From Dehalococcoidia bacterium (GTDB lineage: Bacteria > Chloroflexota > Dehalococcoidia > Bin125), in contig CAXXSR010000001.1 in NCBI GenBank assembly GCA_963662615.2, forward strand, positions 1,024,001 through 1,088,000: 64,000 nucleotides of DNA. Reading direction: 5' to 3'. This document shows, piece by piece, positions 1 through 10,037 of this stretch (positions within the stretch are counted from its first letter, which is position 1; each line of letters opens with the position of its first letter). Position numbers and translations under genes: made by a program. The notes under the pieces were generated by a model. The model saw only the letters and a program-made list of their open reading frames with translations. It was not told the origin of the DNA and did not search any database.

Positions 1-204
1 CACCGGCGCCACGATCATGGAGGCGGCGAAGAAGAGGATGTAGAGGATGGGACCCCAGGCGCCGAGATCCTTCATCCAACGCTCAGCGTCGTCGTAGTCC
101 CAGGGCGACACTCGCTCAATGAGCTGATCGGCGACCACCAGCAGCCCCAGCGCGATCAGCACGGCCGCGATGATGAAAAGCGCTTGACGGCGCGTGAGAT
201 CCAT
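1..204 (-). CDS. TVP38/TMEM64 (DedA/VTT-like) membrane protein, N-terminal part; runs off the window edge
   Basis: Manual translation from ATG at 204: MDLTRRQALFIIAAVLIALGLLVV...WMKDLGAWGPILYILFFAASMIVAPV. The 'LGAWGP-LYI' segment is typical of the TVP38 family. Confidence 0.65.
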   Translation of the reverse strand, partial: MDLTRRQALFIIAAVLIALGLLVVADQLIERVSPWDYDDAERWMKDLGAWGPILYILFFAASMIVAPV

Positions 205-358
205 TCGCTCTGATCATACCGTCTCCTCCCCTACCGGCCGGGATCGGCGGCAACATTGCGGCGGCAAACCGGGCTCCTGCCTGCATCCGTATGTTAAGCA
301 AAGGCTGAAAGACTCGACCGAGAGCACTACGGACGCGCGTGCGGATTGGAGCCTTGCG

Positions 359-532
359 ATGATCCGGGAAGTTGTCGAGATCACCTGCCTGGCCTGCGGC
401 CGAAACCTGGGCAAGCTGGAGCGGAGCGACGCCGCGCTCGTGCGCAAGGAGGGCACCGGCCTCGCCTGTGGACGTTGCGGCGGGCGCGCCCTCTTCGGCC
501 CGGCGGAGCGGCAGGTGAGCTACGCCGCTTGA
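359..532 (+). CDS. Small zinc-ribbon protein (57 aa)
   Basis: MIREVVEITCLACGR...LACGRCGG has two CxxC pairs; GGAG SD at 348-351; hairpin follows the stop. Confidence 0.6.
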   Translation: MIREVVEITCLACGRNLGKLERSDAALVRKEGTGLACGRCGGRALFGPAERQVSYAA

Positions 533-569
533 GTCGCGCCGTCTGGCGCAACATCGTGAAAGGTGCGCC

Positions 570-591
570 GGCCCCGCCGCAAAGCGGGGCT
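570..591 (+). terminator. GC-rich hairpin after the zinc-ribbon gene
   Basis: gccccgc-cgcaaa-gcggggc followed by a weak T-containing tail. Confidence 0.35.
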
Positions 592-708
592 GGTCTCTCC
601 GCGGCGGTCGCGCTCGCCTGAGCCGCCGACCGCCAACCCTGTTCGCAGGATTTCGGAGCGACTACTGTAGAGCAGTCTCGCTTCAGGTCGGCGGGGCAGA
701 GGTCCGTC

Positions 709-2100
709 TTGAGCAGCACCATCGACGATCGCTTCACGGCGGCGCACGCCGGATCCGCGGCGCTGCACGAAGAGGCCGTCACCCGTCTCCCCAGCGGCGT
801 CACCCACGACACGCGTTACTTTCAGCCCTTCCCCATCTACGTGGAGAGGGCAGCCGGGGCGCGCAAGTGGGACGTGGACGGCAACGAGATCGTTGACTTC
901 GTCATGGGCCACGGCGCGCTCCTCTTCGGCCACGCGCATCCGCTCCTGGTCAAGGCGGTGCAACCGCTGCTGGAGCACGGCACCCACTACGGCGCCTCGC
1001 ATCGCCTGGAGATCGCCTGGGCCCGCGCGGTGCAGGCGCTGATTCCCAGCGCGGAGAAAGTTCGCTTCACTTCGTCCGGCACGGAGGCGACCATGCTCGC
1101 GGTGCGCCTGGCGCGCGCCGCCACCGGCCGATCGCGCCTGCTCGAGCTCCGCAACCACTTCCACGGCTGGAACGACAGCGTCATGACGGGGGCGCGCAAT
1201 AGCGCCGGCTACGTCTCCAGCGCCGGCCTGCCTGCCGCCATGACGGAAGCGGTGACCGTCGTGGACCAGCACGACACGAAGAGCATCGCCGCCGAACTGG
1301 AGAGCGAGTCGTATGCCGCCGCGATCTGCGAGCCGGGGGGCTACAGTTGGGGCACCTGCCCCCTGGCAACTTCGGTGCTAGAACTCCTGCGGGATCGCAC
1401 GGCGGCGACGGGCGCCCTCCTCATCTTCGATGAAGTGGTCACCGGCTTCCGCGCCTCGCCGGGCGGGGTCCAGAGCCTGGTGGGCGTACGACCGGACCTG
1501 ACCGCGCTGGCCAAGGTGCTGGCCGGAGGGATGCCCGGCGGCGCCGTCGCGGGCCGGGCCGACCTGCTCGACCAGATGGCCTTTCCCAGCCCCGGCGCCG
1601 GCACGCCCAACGGCGATCGCAGCCCCGACGGCGCCCGCGATCGCGTCGCCCACCCCGGCACCTTCAACGCCAATCCACTCAGCGCCGCTGCCGGTATCGC
1701 CGCGCTCACGGAGGTGAGGACGGGCGAGCCGATCCGCATCGCCAACGAGCGCTCTCGCCGGCTCTGTGCCGGCTTCAACCGGGCCATTCGGGAGCGCGAG
1801 GTGCCCGGAGCGGCCTACGGCGAAGCCTCCATGGTGCACGTCCTGCTGGGCCAACACGTGCCGCCCCCCACCGACGGGTTCACCTGGTCCTGGGGCGACG
1901 CCGGCCCGCAGAGCCTGGTCCCCGAGACGCCGGACGCGGTCCGCTGGCCGTTCCGCCGCAGCCTCCTCAACCACGGCGTCGACCTCATGGGGGGGATGGG
2001 GGCGCTGGTCTCCTGCGTCCACAGCGAGGCCGACATCGACGAGGCCATCGAGGCCTTCCAAGCGGCGCTGTCGGACCTCCGCCGCGAGGACCTCCTCTAA
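709..2100 (+). CDS. Class III PLP aminotransferase (glutamate-1-semialdehyde aminomutase-like)
   Basis: Motifs WDVDGNEIVDF, RFTSSGTEA, LLIFDEVVTGFR, PDLTALAK-LAGG-P, GTFNANP. Confidence 0.85.
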   Translation: MSSTIDDRFTAAHAGSAALHEEAVTRLPSGVTHDTRYFQPFPIYVERAAGARKWDVDGNEIVDFVMGHGALLFGHAHPLLVKAVQPLLEHGTHYGASHRLEIAWARAVQALIPSAEKVRFTSSGTEATMLAVRLARAATGRSRLLELRNHFHGWNDSVMTGARNSAGYVSSAGLPAAMTEAVTVVDQHDTKSIAAELESESYAAAICEPGGYSWGTCPLATSVLELLRDRTAATGALLIFDEVVTGFRASPGGVQSLVGVRPDLTALAKVLAGGMPGGAVAGRADLLDQMAFPSPGAGTPNGDRSPDGARDRVAHPGTFNANPLSAAAGIAALTEVRTGEPIRIANERSRRLCAGFNRAIREREVPGAAYGEASMVHVLLGQHVPPPTDGFTWSWGDAGPQSLVPETPDAVRWPFRRSLLNHGVDLMGGMGALVSCVHSEADIDEAIEAFQAALSDLRREDLL

Positions 2101-2188
2101 CAGAACGCCCCAAGCAGCCCACCTGGAAGCGGCCCGGCGCCGGGCATCACAATCTGTTCCTTCTCTCGGGTGTCCTCTTGTTTCTATT

Positions 2189-2211
2189 CTATCGATTGAA
2201 ATACTCGATAG
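2189..2211. promoter_or_regulatory. Perfect inverted repeat CTATCGA-N9-TCGATAG upstream of gltB, candidate operator
   Basis: Seen directly in an AT-rich patch of the 350-bp gltB upstream region. Confidence 0.4.
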
Positions 2212-2450
2212 CATTCTCGACATCCTGGTGAGCGCATGGGAAAATCTTCACACCTTTGTGCGAGCGGTGAGCCAGCGTCCGCTATGCTCACCACCCCGCT
2301 GCGGGCAAGGCAGCGGGTTTTCGTATTCCATCGCGGTCGGCCTCGAGCGAGACGGGACTGAGAGGGCGTCACTGGTTCCCCGATCCGCCGCTCTTCGCCG
2401 CGCTGCGGATAGGCAGAGACCGGTCGCACTTTCACGGGAGAGGGAGCGCT

Positions 2451-5400
2451 ATGGCGTGGCAGCCCCCGGCTCAGGCGGGGCTCTATGACCCCCAGGTTGC
2501 GCACGACGCCTGCGGCGTCGGCTTCATCGCCAACGTCAACGGCACGCGCTCGCACGAGATCGTGGCGCTGGCGGTCCGGGCGATCGGCAATCTCACCCAT
2601 CGCGGCGCCGTCAACGCCGACCCCATGACGGGCGACGGCGTGGGACTCACGATCCAGATCCCCTTCGAGCTGCTGGAAGAGTACGCAGCGCGATTCGATC
2701 GCTCGCTCGAGCACAGCGACGATCTGGTCGTCGCCATGACCTTCCTGCCGTCCCCAGAGGCGGACCGCCCCGCCGCTCGGGCCATTCTGGAGGAGGCCGC
2801 TGACAGCTGCGGCCTGGAGGTGATCGGCTGGCGCGTGGTTCCGACGGATCCCTCCGTCTTGGGCGCCTCGGCGCTCGAGTCGCTGCCCGGGATCGAACAG
2901 CTTCTCATGGTGCGTCCGCCCGGCCTGGAGCGCGATGACTTCCAGCGGGCCATCTACCTGGCCCGCCGCCGCGCCGAGCGCGCCTACCGCGAGCGCGCGC
3001 TTGACTGCTACATCGTTTCCATGTCCGCCCGCACCGTGGTCTACAAGGGCCTGATGGTCGCGCACCAGCTCGACCGCTTCTACGCCGACCTCAAGGATGC
3101 ACGCGCGGTCTCGGCCCTGGCCCTGTTCCATCAGCGCTTCGCCACCAACACGCTGCCCAACTGGAAGCTGGCGCAGCCGTTCCGCTACCTCGCCCACAAC
3201 GGCGAGATCAACACCCTCGTCGGCAACCGCAATTGGATGAAGGCGCGCGATCGGGAGTTGACCGCTCCCGGGTGGGACGACCAACTCGCCGAGCTCGCGC
3301 CCAGCATCACCGACAGCGGCTCCGACAGCGCCTCTCTGGACGAGGCGCTCGACCTCCTCGTCAACTCGGGACGTGATCCACTCCACGCCATGATGATGCT
3401 GATCCCAGAAGCCTGGGAGAACATGCCCGACATTGACCCGGAGCTGCGCGGGTTCTACGAGTATCACGCCTGCCTCACCGAGCCCTGGGACGGCCCCGCC
3501 GCCGTCGCCTTCACGGACGGCGTTGTCGCCGCCGCCGCGCTTGACCGCAACGGTCTCCGGCCCGCCCGCTATCAGGTCACCCGCCAGGGCATGGTCGTGA
3601 TGGCCTCCGAAGTTGGCCTGCTCGGCCTGCCCATTGAAGACATCGTCGAATCGGGCCGCCTGGGGCCGGGCGAGATGATCGCCGTCGACACCGACCGCGG
3701 TCTCATTCTTCGCAACGATGCCATCAAGCGCCGCTTCGCCGCCCGCCGCCCCTACGCGGACTGGGTGCAGCGAGGCCTGGTCCATCTGGAGCCGGGGCTC
3801 GGCCACGTCGACGGGCGCCTGCGCTCGGAGCCCGCGGCCGACGTGGAGACCCGCCAAGTGCTTCACGGCTACACCAAAGAGGAGATGCAGTACGTCATCA
3901 AGCCCATGGTGCGCGCCGGCAAGGAGCCGGTGGGCTCCATGGGAGACGACACCCCCCCCTCGGCGCTGCAGGACGCGCCGCGCCTGCTCTACACGTACTT
4001 CCGGCAGCAGTTCGCCCAGGTCACCAACCCGCCCATCGACTCGCTGCGCGAGAAGATCGTTATGTCGCTGGACACGTACTTGGGCCGGCAACACTCGCTC
4101 CTGGAAGAGGGTCCGGAGGCGGCGCGCCTGATCCACCTGGCCAGCCCCCTCCTCCTGGATGAGGAGCTGGCCCGACTCCGAGAACTCCGTGTGGACGCCT
4201 TGAAGCTCACCACGCTCCATGCCCGCTTCCCCGCCGCCGCCGGCCCCCGAGGACTCCGCGCCGGCCTTGACGAACTGGCCGCCGCCGCGGACCGCGCCGT
4301 GGACCAGGGCCGCACCGTCCTGGTAATCAGCGACCGCTCCACAGACGCGGAGTGGGCCCCCATCCCCATGCTGCTCGCCATTGCCACGGTGCATCATCAC
4401 CTCATTCGCAGCGGCCGCCGCATGCGCGCCAGCCTGATCGCCGAGACCGGCGACGCTCGCGACGTCCACCACTTCGGCTGCCTGATCGGCTTCGGCGCCA
4501 GCGCCGTCAATCCCTATCTGGCCTTCGAGACGCTCCGCGCCCTCCACGCCGGCGGCGAGTTCGACGAAGACGGCTTCGACGACGTCTTGGGCCGCTACCA
4601 GCAGGCGATCGATGCCGGCATTCTCAAGATCATGTCCAAGATGGGCATCTCCGCCGTCTCCTCCTATCACGGCGCCCAGATCTTCGAGGCGCTCGGCGTC
4701 CGCGATGAGCTGATCGAGTACGCCTTCCCCGGCACGACCTCGCGCATTGGCGGCGTCGGCTTCGAGGATGTGGGGCGCGATGTGCTGGCGCGGCACGCCG
4801 AAGCCTATCCCGTCGCCCAGCTCGACCCCGGGGGCTGGTACAAGTACCGCCGCGACGGTGACTACCATGCCAACGAGCCCCCCGTCTGGCGCGCCCTCCA
4901 CAAGGTCGCCCAGGGCGGCGGCGAGGAGGAGTACCGCCAGTACGTGGAGACTGTGCAGCAGCGCCCGCCGGCGGCGCTCCGCGACCTCCTGGAGTTCCAC
5001 TCCGACCGCGACCCGATTCCGGTTGAGCAAGTAGAGGACATCGACGCCATCGTCCAGCGCTTTCAGACCGGCGCCATGTCCCTGGGCGCTCTGGGCCCGG
5101 AGGCGCACGAGGACATCGCCCGCGCCATGAACCTGCTGGGGGGGCGCTCCAACACCGGCGAGGGAGGCGAAGACCCCCGCCGCTTCCTGCCCGACGGCGA
5201 CAAGCGCGACGCCAATTCACAGGTGAAGCAGGTCGCCTCCGGCCGCTTCGGTGTGACCCCGGCCTACCTGGCCGGCGCCGCGGAGGTGGAGATCAAGATC
5301 GCTCAAGGGTCGAAGCCCGGCGAAGGCGGACAGCTCCCCGGCCACAAGGTTTCGCCCTACATCGCCTCCTTGCGCCATTCCACGCCGGGGGTCGAGCTGA

Positions 5401-6956
5401 TCTCGCCGCCTCCGCACCACGACATCTACTCCATTGAGGATCTCGCCCAGCTCATCTACGACCTCAAGATGACCAATCCGCGACTCAAGGTCTGCGTGAA
5501 GCTGGTGGCCTGCGAGGGCGTCGGCACGATCGCCGCCGGCGTCGCCAAGGCCTACGCCGACATCATCCAGATCAGTGGCGCCGACGGCGGCACCGGCGCC
5601 TCCCCCCTCTCCTCCATCAAGTACGCCGGCGCGCCCTGGGAGCTGGGCGTCAAGGAGGCCCATGAGGCGCTGATCTGGAACGGCCTGCGCGGTCGCGTCC
5701 TCCTGCGCACCGACGGCGGCTTCCACACCGGCCACGACGTCGTGATGGCCGCCCTCCTGGGCGCGGAGCAGTACGGATTCGGCACCACCTCCATGATCGC
5801 CGTGGGCTGCAAAATGGCCCGACAGTGCCATCTCAACACCTGCCCCGTCGGTGTCGCCACCCAGCGCGAGGATCTGCGCAAGAAGTACTTCGGCAAACCA
5901 GAGTGGCTCGTCAACTTCCTGCTCCACGTGGGCCAGGAAGTACGCCTCATCCTCGCCGGCTTGGGCTACGAGTCACTCGACGACGTCGTGGGCCGCTCCG
6001 ACCTCCTCCGCCAGCTCCCTCCGATCGAAGGCAGCCGCAGCGCCGCCATTGACCTCTCACGGATGATCGCCCGCGTCGATCCGGAGGGCCGCCACCCCCG
6101 CCATCGCATGCAAGACCGCAACGACCGCGACGACGATCCGCTGGAGGACCGCATCCTCCACGATCTCGCCCCCGCCCTGGCGCAGGGCGCTTCCATCCAA
6201 CGCGAGTATCAGATCCATAATCAAGATCGCAGCATTGGCGCGCGCATCTCCGGCCACCTGGCGCAGCGCTACGGCGACCACGGCCTGCCGCACGGGACCA
6301 TCGAGCTGCGCTTTCGTGGCTCGGCCGGCCAATCCTTCGGCGCCTTCCTCCTCCGCGGCGTCCGCCTCCACCTGCTCGGCGAGGCCAACGACTACGTGGG
6401 CAAGGGCATGGGCGGCGGCCTCATCTCCATCCGTGCTCCCGACGAGGCCGGCTTCCTCCACGATGGCGGCGTCCTAGTCGGCAATACGGTCCTCTACGGA
6501 GCCACCGGCGGCAGCCTCTTTGTGGCCGGCCGTGCCGGGGAGCGGTTCGGCGTCCGCAACTCCGGCGCGCGGGCGGTGGTGGAGGCCGTGGGCGATCATG
6601 GCTGCGAGTACATGACCGGTGGCCGTGTCGCCATCATCGGCCCCACCGGCCGCAACTTCGCCGCCGGCATGAGCGGCGGCATCGCCTATGTGCTCGACGA
6701 AGCCGGCGACTTCGAGCGCCGCTGCAACCCCGACATGGTTGACCTTGAGCCGCTCGTCGACCACCACGACCGCGCCACCGTCTACGAGCTGCTCAAGTCG
6801 CACGCGCATTTCACGGCCAGTCCGCGCGCCCGCAAGATCCTCAACAATTGGGAGACGTACGTGTCCCAGTTCGTGAAGGTGATGCCGCGCGACTACCGCC
6901 GCGCCCTCGAGGAAGAGGCAGCGCAGAAGCTGGCGACCGTCGCGGAGTTGGAGTAG
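2451..6956 (+). CDS. gltB: Glutamate synthase large subunit
   Basis: HDACGVGF N-terminus, HNGEINT, EPWDGPA, SNTGEGGED, KIAQGSKPGEGGQLPG, CHLNTCPVGVATQ, C-terminal GXGXG domain. Confidence 0.97.
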   Translation: MAWQPPAQAGLYDPQVAHDACGVGFIANVNGTRSHEIVALAVRAIGNLTHRGAVNADPMTGDGVGLTIQIPFELLEEYAARFDRSLEHSDDLVVAMTFLPSPEADRPAARAILEEAADSCGLEVIGWRVVPTDPSVLGASALESLPGIEQLLMVRPPGLERDDFQRAIYLARRRAERAYRERALDCYIVSMSARTVVYKGLMVAHQLDRFYADLKDARAVSALALFHQRFATNTLPNWKLAQPFRYLAHNGEINTLVGNRNWMKARDRELTAPGWDDQLAELAPSITDSGSDSASLDEALDLLVNSGRDPLHAMMMLIPEAWENMPDIDPELRGFYEYHACLTEPWDGPAAVAFTDGVVAAAALDRNGLRPARYQVTRQGMVVMASEVGLLGLPIEDIVESGRLGPGEMIAVDTDRGLILRNDAIKRRFAARRPYADWVQRGLVHLEPGLGHVDGRLRSEPAADVETRQVLHGYTKEEMQYVIKPMVRAGKEPVGSMGDDTPPSALQDAPRLLYTYFRQQFAQVTNPPIDSLREKIVMSLDTYLGRQHSLLEEGPEAARLIHLASPLLLDEELARLRELRVDALKLTTLHARFPAAAGPRGLRAGLDELAAAADRAVDQGRTVLVISDRSTDAEWAPIPMLLAIATVHHHLIRSGRRMRASLIAETGDARDVHHFGCLIGFGASAVNPYLAFETLRALHAGGEFDEDGFDDVLGRYQQAIDAGILKIMSKMGISAVSSYHGAQIFEALGVRDELIEYAFPGTTSRIGGVGFEDVGRDVLARHAEAYPVAQLDPGGWYKYRRDGDYHANEPPVWRALHKVAQGGGEEEYRQYVETVQQRPPAALRDLLEFHSDRDPIPVEQVEDIDAIVQRFQTGAMSLGALGPEAHEDIARAMNLLGGRSNTGEGGEDPRRFLPDGDKRDANSQVKQVASGRFGVTPAYLAGAAEVEIKIAQGSKPGEGGQLPGHKVSPYIASLRHSTPGVELISPPPHHDIYSIEDLAQLIYDLKMTNPRLKVCVKLVACEGVGTIAAGVAKAYADIIQISGADGGTGASPLSSIKYAGAPWELGVKEAHEALIWNGLRGRVLLRTDGGFHTGHDVVMAALLGAEQYGFGTTSMIAVGCKMARQCHLNTCPVGVATQREDLRKKYFGKPEWLVNFLLHVGQEVRLILAGLGYESLDDVVGRSDLLRQLPPIEGSRSAAIDLSRMIARVDPEGRHPRHRMQDRNDRDDDPLEDRILHDLAPALAQGASIQREYQIHNQDRSIGARISGHLAQRYGDHGLPHGTIELRFRGSAGQSFGAFLLRGVRLHLLGEANDYVGKGMGGGLISIRAPDEAGFLHDGGVLVGNTVLYGATGGSLFVAGRAGERFGVRNSGARAVVEAVGDHGCEYMTGGRVAIIGPTGRNFAAGMSGGIAYVLDEAGDFERRCNPDMVDLEPLVDHHDRATVYELLKSHAHFTASPRARKILNNWETYVSQFVKVMPRDYRRALEEEAAQKLATVAELE

Positions 6957-6993
6957 GCGCGGCCCGCCCCCGCCGAATGCCGGCGCCGCTCGC

Positions 6994-8082
6994 TTAGATG
7001 AGGGGCCGGGGGACCGCGACCCCCACCTCCTTCGCCAGTTCGGTCAACTGCTCGATCGTCTTGGCCTCTAGCGGGATCCCGCTGGCCTCGCGCTCACTCC
7101 GCCGCGCCGCTTCGACGTCTCCGGGGATCAGGACCGCCTCCACGCCCGACGCCGGCTTCGTCGCGCGGACGTGATCCACCATCGCTTTCATCTCCGCTTT
7201 GAACTCGGCCGGCGCGCGGAAGAGGTCAATGCGCCAGGCCGCGAACCACTGCCCCATCCCCCAGCTCTCCCGCTCCATGAACAGCCCCGATCCCAGACCC
7301 GAGAGCACGCCGCAGAGGATGTCGACCATCAGCCCCAGGCCGTAGCCCTTGTACGACCCCGTCTCGAGCCGCGACCCCAAGGGCAACAGCGCGCCCCCCT
7401 GCTGCAGGATCGACGGATCGTCGGTGTCGGCGCCGGTCGCGTCAATCGCCCAGCCGAGAGGGATGCGCTTGCCCTGCCGCTCGGCGATCTCCAACTTGCC
7501 GCCCGCCACCGCCGTGGTCGCCATGTCCAGCAGGAAGGCGTGATCGTCTTGCACCGGCGCGCTCATCGCCAGCGGGTTGGTGCCAAACACCCGCTCCACG
7601 CCGCCCGCGGCCGCGCCCAGCGGCCAGAAGTTGCACATGGCCATGCCAATCAGGTCGCGCTGGCCGGCCATGTGGGCGTAGTAGCCGGCGGCGCCGAAAT
7701 GCCGGCCGTTGCGCACCGTGACCATGCCAATGCCGCTCTGCTCGGCCTTTTGGATGCATGCCTGCATCGCCCGGCTCGCCACCAGCGGCCCGAAGCCACG
7801 GTCGCCGTCCCAGGCCGCGCTCGACGCCGTCTCCCGCAACACCTCCACCTTGGGGTGCGGGTTCACGAACCCGCCCTTGAAACCGGGCACGTAGCCCATG
7901 TGCCAGGGCAGATGTGCGATGCCGTGCGACTCGATCCCTTGGAGGTCGGCGTCAATCAGGACCGTCGCGCCCAAGGCCGCATCCTCGGCCGGCATGCCGA
8001 AGTGCTCCAGCACGGCCGCTGTGAATTGGCGCAGGTCCTGGGCGCGGAAGCGGAGGCGCGTGTCGGCCTCCGCCGCTGCCAT
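6994..8082 (-). CDS. Ldh_2 family (malate/L-lactate/sulfolactate-type) oxidoreductase
   Basis: ADLQGIESHG, HFGAAGYY, FGTNPLA, LDMATT, YKGYGL; ATG at 8082 overlaps the upstream TGA. Confidence 0.9.
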   Translation of the reverse strand: MAAAEADTRLRFRAQDLRQFTAAVLEHFGMPAEDAALGATVLIDADLQGIESHGIAHLPWHMGYVPGFKGGFVNPHPKVEVLRETASSAAWDGDRGFGPLVASRAMQACIQKAEQSGIGMVTVRNGRHFGAAGYYAHMAGQRDLIGMAMCNFWPLGAAAGGVERVFGTNPLAMSAPVQDDHAFLLDMATTAVAGGKLEIAERQGKRIPLGWAIDATGADTDDPSILQQGGALLPLGSRLETGSYKGYGLGLMVDILCGVLSGLGSGLFMERESWGMGQWFAAWRIDLFRAPAEFKAEMKAMVDHVRATKPASGVEAVLIPGDVEAARRSEREASGIPLEAKTIEQLTELAKEVGVAVPRPLI

Positions 8083-8846
8083 CAGCCGTCCCCGCGAACG
8101 GTACGCAGCCCTCGCACCGCGCCCTGCATCATGAATTGGATGTCGGAGCCCATCGCCACGAAGCGCCAGCCCTCTTGTCCGCGCCGGGCGGCCTCCTCGG
8201 GGCCGCTGGTGAAGATCCCCGCCGCCACGCCGTGCTTCTGGCACGACTCCAGCACCGCTGTGCAGGCGGCGATGTGGTCGGGATGCGGGTGATCCGCACG
8301 CGGCGGCAGGCCCATCGACATGGCCAGGTCCGACGGGCCGATCAGCGTCGCGTCGATGCCGGGCACCGAGAGGATTTCGTCGATCCGCTCCACCGCCCCC
8401 GCCGTCTCGATCTGCACGATGCAGGCGATCTCCTCGTTGGCGTGTTCGGCGTAGTCGCGGCCGCCGTACAGCAGGCCCCGGTACGGGCCCCAGCCTCTGG
8501 TTCCAATCGGCGGGTAGCGGCAGGCCGCGACCGCCTGCTCTGCCTCGGCCTTGCTATTGATCCAAGGGATCACGACCCCGTAGGCGCCGCCGTCCAGGAT
8601 GCGCTTGATCTCCACCATGTCGTTCCAGTGCACGCGCGCGAACGGCATGGTCTCGCTGCCGGAGATGACCTGGAACATCTGCACCATGGTCAGCAGGTCG
8701 GCGGGGCTGTGCTCGCCGTCGACGACGACCCAGTCGAAGCCGGCCGACGCCATCTGTTCGGCGGCCAGTGTGCTGCACGAGGAGAGCCAGGCCCCATAGG
8801 CCGTCTTGCCCTCGCGCCAGAGCCGTTTCACCGTGTTTGGACGCAC
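8082..8846 (-). CDS. HpcH/HpaI aldolase family protein
   Basis: GFDWVVVDGEH, ILDGGAYGV, RYPPIGTRG, VQIET, IGPSDL. Confidence 0.92.
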   Translation of the reverse strand: MRPNTVKRLWREGKTAYGAWLSSCSTLAAEQMASAGFDWVVVDGEHSPADLLTMVQMFQVISGSETMPFARVHWNDMVEIKRILDGGAYGVVIPWINSKAEAEQAVAACRYPPIGTRGWGPYRGLLYGGRDYAEHANEEIACIVQIETAGAVERIDEILSVPGIDATLIGPSDLAMSMGLPPRADHPHPDHIAACTAVLESCQKHGVAAGIFTSGPEEAARRGQEGWRFVAMGSDIQFMMQGAVRGLRTVRGDG

Positions 8847-8970
8847 GTTTCCTCCCTCAATCGCCCCTCCCAGTCACCGCAGCCGGCGCCGGGCCGCGCC
8901 GCAGTCTAGCAGATCGCGCATGCGACGACGGCTGCCCACACGGATCAAGAGAATGAGGCTCGCGCGAGCG

Positions 8971-9960
8971 CTAGCGCCCCGGGTGCGGCCCCAGCTTCAC
9001 CCGCTCCAGCACCGCCGGGTTGACCACGCTGCGCGGCAGATAGCCCCGCAGCACGTCCGCCGCCGCCTCGCCGCTGAGCCGGTAGAGCAGCTCAAAGGAG
9101 ACATCCGAGTAGTACGCCGAGTGCGGCGTCGCGATGACGTTGTCGAACTGCAGCAGCGGCCTCTCGGCGGTCAACGGCTCCGGGTCCCACACATCGACGC
9201 CGGCCCCCGCGATCGCGCCCGCCTTGATCGCGTCCTGCAGCGCCGTCTCGACGACGACGCCCCCGCGGCAGGTCGTGACCAGGTAGGCCGTCGGCTTCAT
9301 GCGGGCCAGTTCGTCGGCGCCGATCAGGCCGCGCGTCTCCTCGTTCAAGGGCGAGTGCACGGAGACGTAGTCGGAGCGGGCCAGCAGCTCCTCCAGCGAC
9401 GTCAGCTCCACGCCCAACGCCGCGGCCGGCTTCGCATCCACGTACGGGTCGTAGGCGATCACCTGGAGCCCGAACGCCTGCGCCCGCTTCGCCACGGCTC
9501 GCGCCACGTTCCCGAACGCCACCAGCCCCAGCGTCTCCCCCCGCAAGTTGCCCACTTGCGCCAGCGGCGCTTTCTCCCCTGCCCGCTCCGCCAGCGTGTG
9601 CACCGTCAGTTGGCGGTTCAGCGCCAGGATCATCGCGAAGGCGTGATTGGCTACTTCGTCAATGCAGTAATCGGTGACGTTGCAGACCACGACGCCGTGG
9701 TCGGTCGCGGCCTGCAGGTCCACGTTGTCGAAGCCGATGCCCGTTCGCACGATCACCTTGAGGCTGGGACAAGCCTCAATCACCGATCGCCCCAGCGCGA
9801 AGTACGTGCAGATGATGCCGTCAACGTGGCTCGCGAAGGCGCGCGCTTCGGCCTCACTCGTACATTCCGCGGCGATCAGCTCCGCCTCCGCGACTGCCTC
9901 CCGCATCGCCGGGCCGCTGTAGCGGAGCGAGTCGATCTGGGCCACGGTGAATTTCGCCAT
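8971..9960 (-). CDS. D-2-hydroxyacid dehydrogenase (CtBP-like)
   Basis: RTGIGFDNVD, NVTDYCIDEVANHA, GLVAFGNVA, RGGVV, TPHSAYYS. Confidence 0.9.
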   Translation of the reverse strand: MAKFTVAQIDSLRYSGPAMREAVAEAELIAAECTSEAEARAFASHVDGIICTYFALGRSVIEACPSLKVIVRTGIGFDNVDLQAATDHGVVVCNVTDYCIDEVANHAFAMILALNRQLTVHTLAERAGEKAPLAQVGNLRGETLGLVAFGNVARAVAKRAQAFGLQVIAYDPYVDAKPAAALGVELTSLEELLARSDYVSVHSPLNEETRGLIGADELARMKPTAYLVTTCRGGVVVETALQDAIKAGAIAGAGVDVWDPEPLTAERPLLQFDNVIATPHSAYYSDVSFELLYRLSGEAAADVLRGYLPRSVVNPAVLERVKLGPHPGR

Positions 9961-10037
9961 CGTGTCGTCTCCAGCGATTCCGCCCGCCGCCTCTCTCACG
10001 TCAGCGGCGGTGCAGGCCGGCCCCAGTCAGGCACCAG

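Noticed and set aside
2184-5108. 974-aa ORF antisense to gltB, and the many other long antisense or alternative-frame ORFs
   Set aside because: Shadow ORFs expected in high-GC coding DNA; no recognisable motifs.
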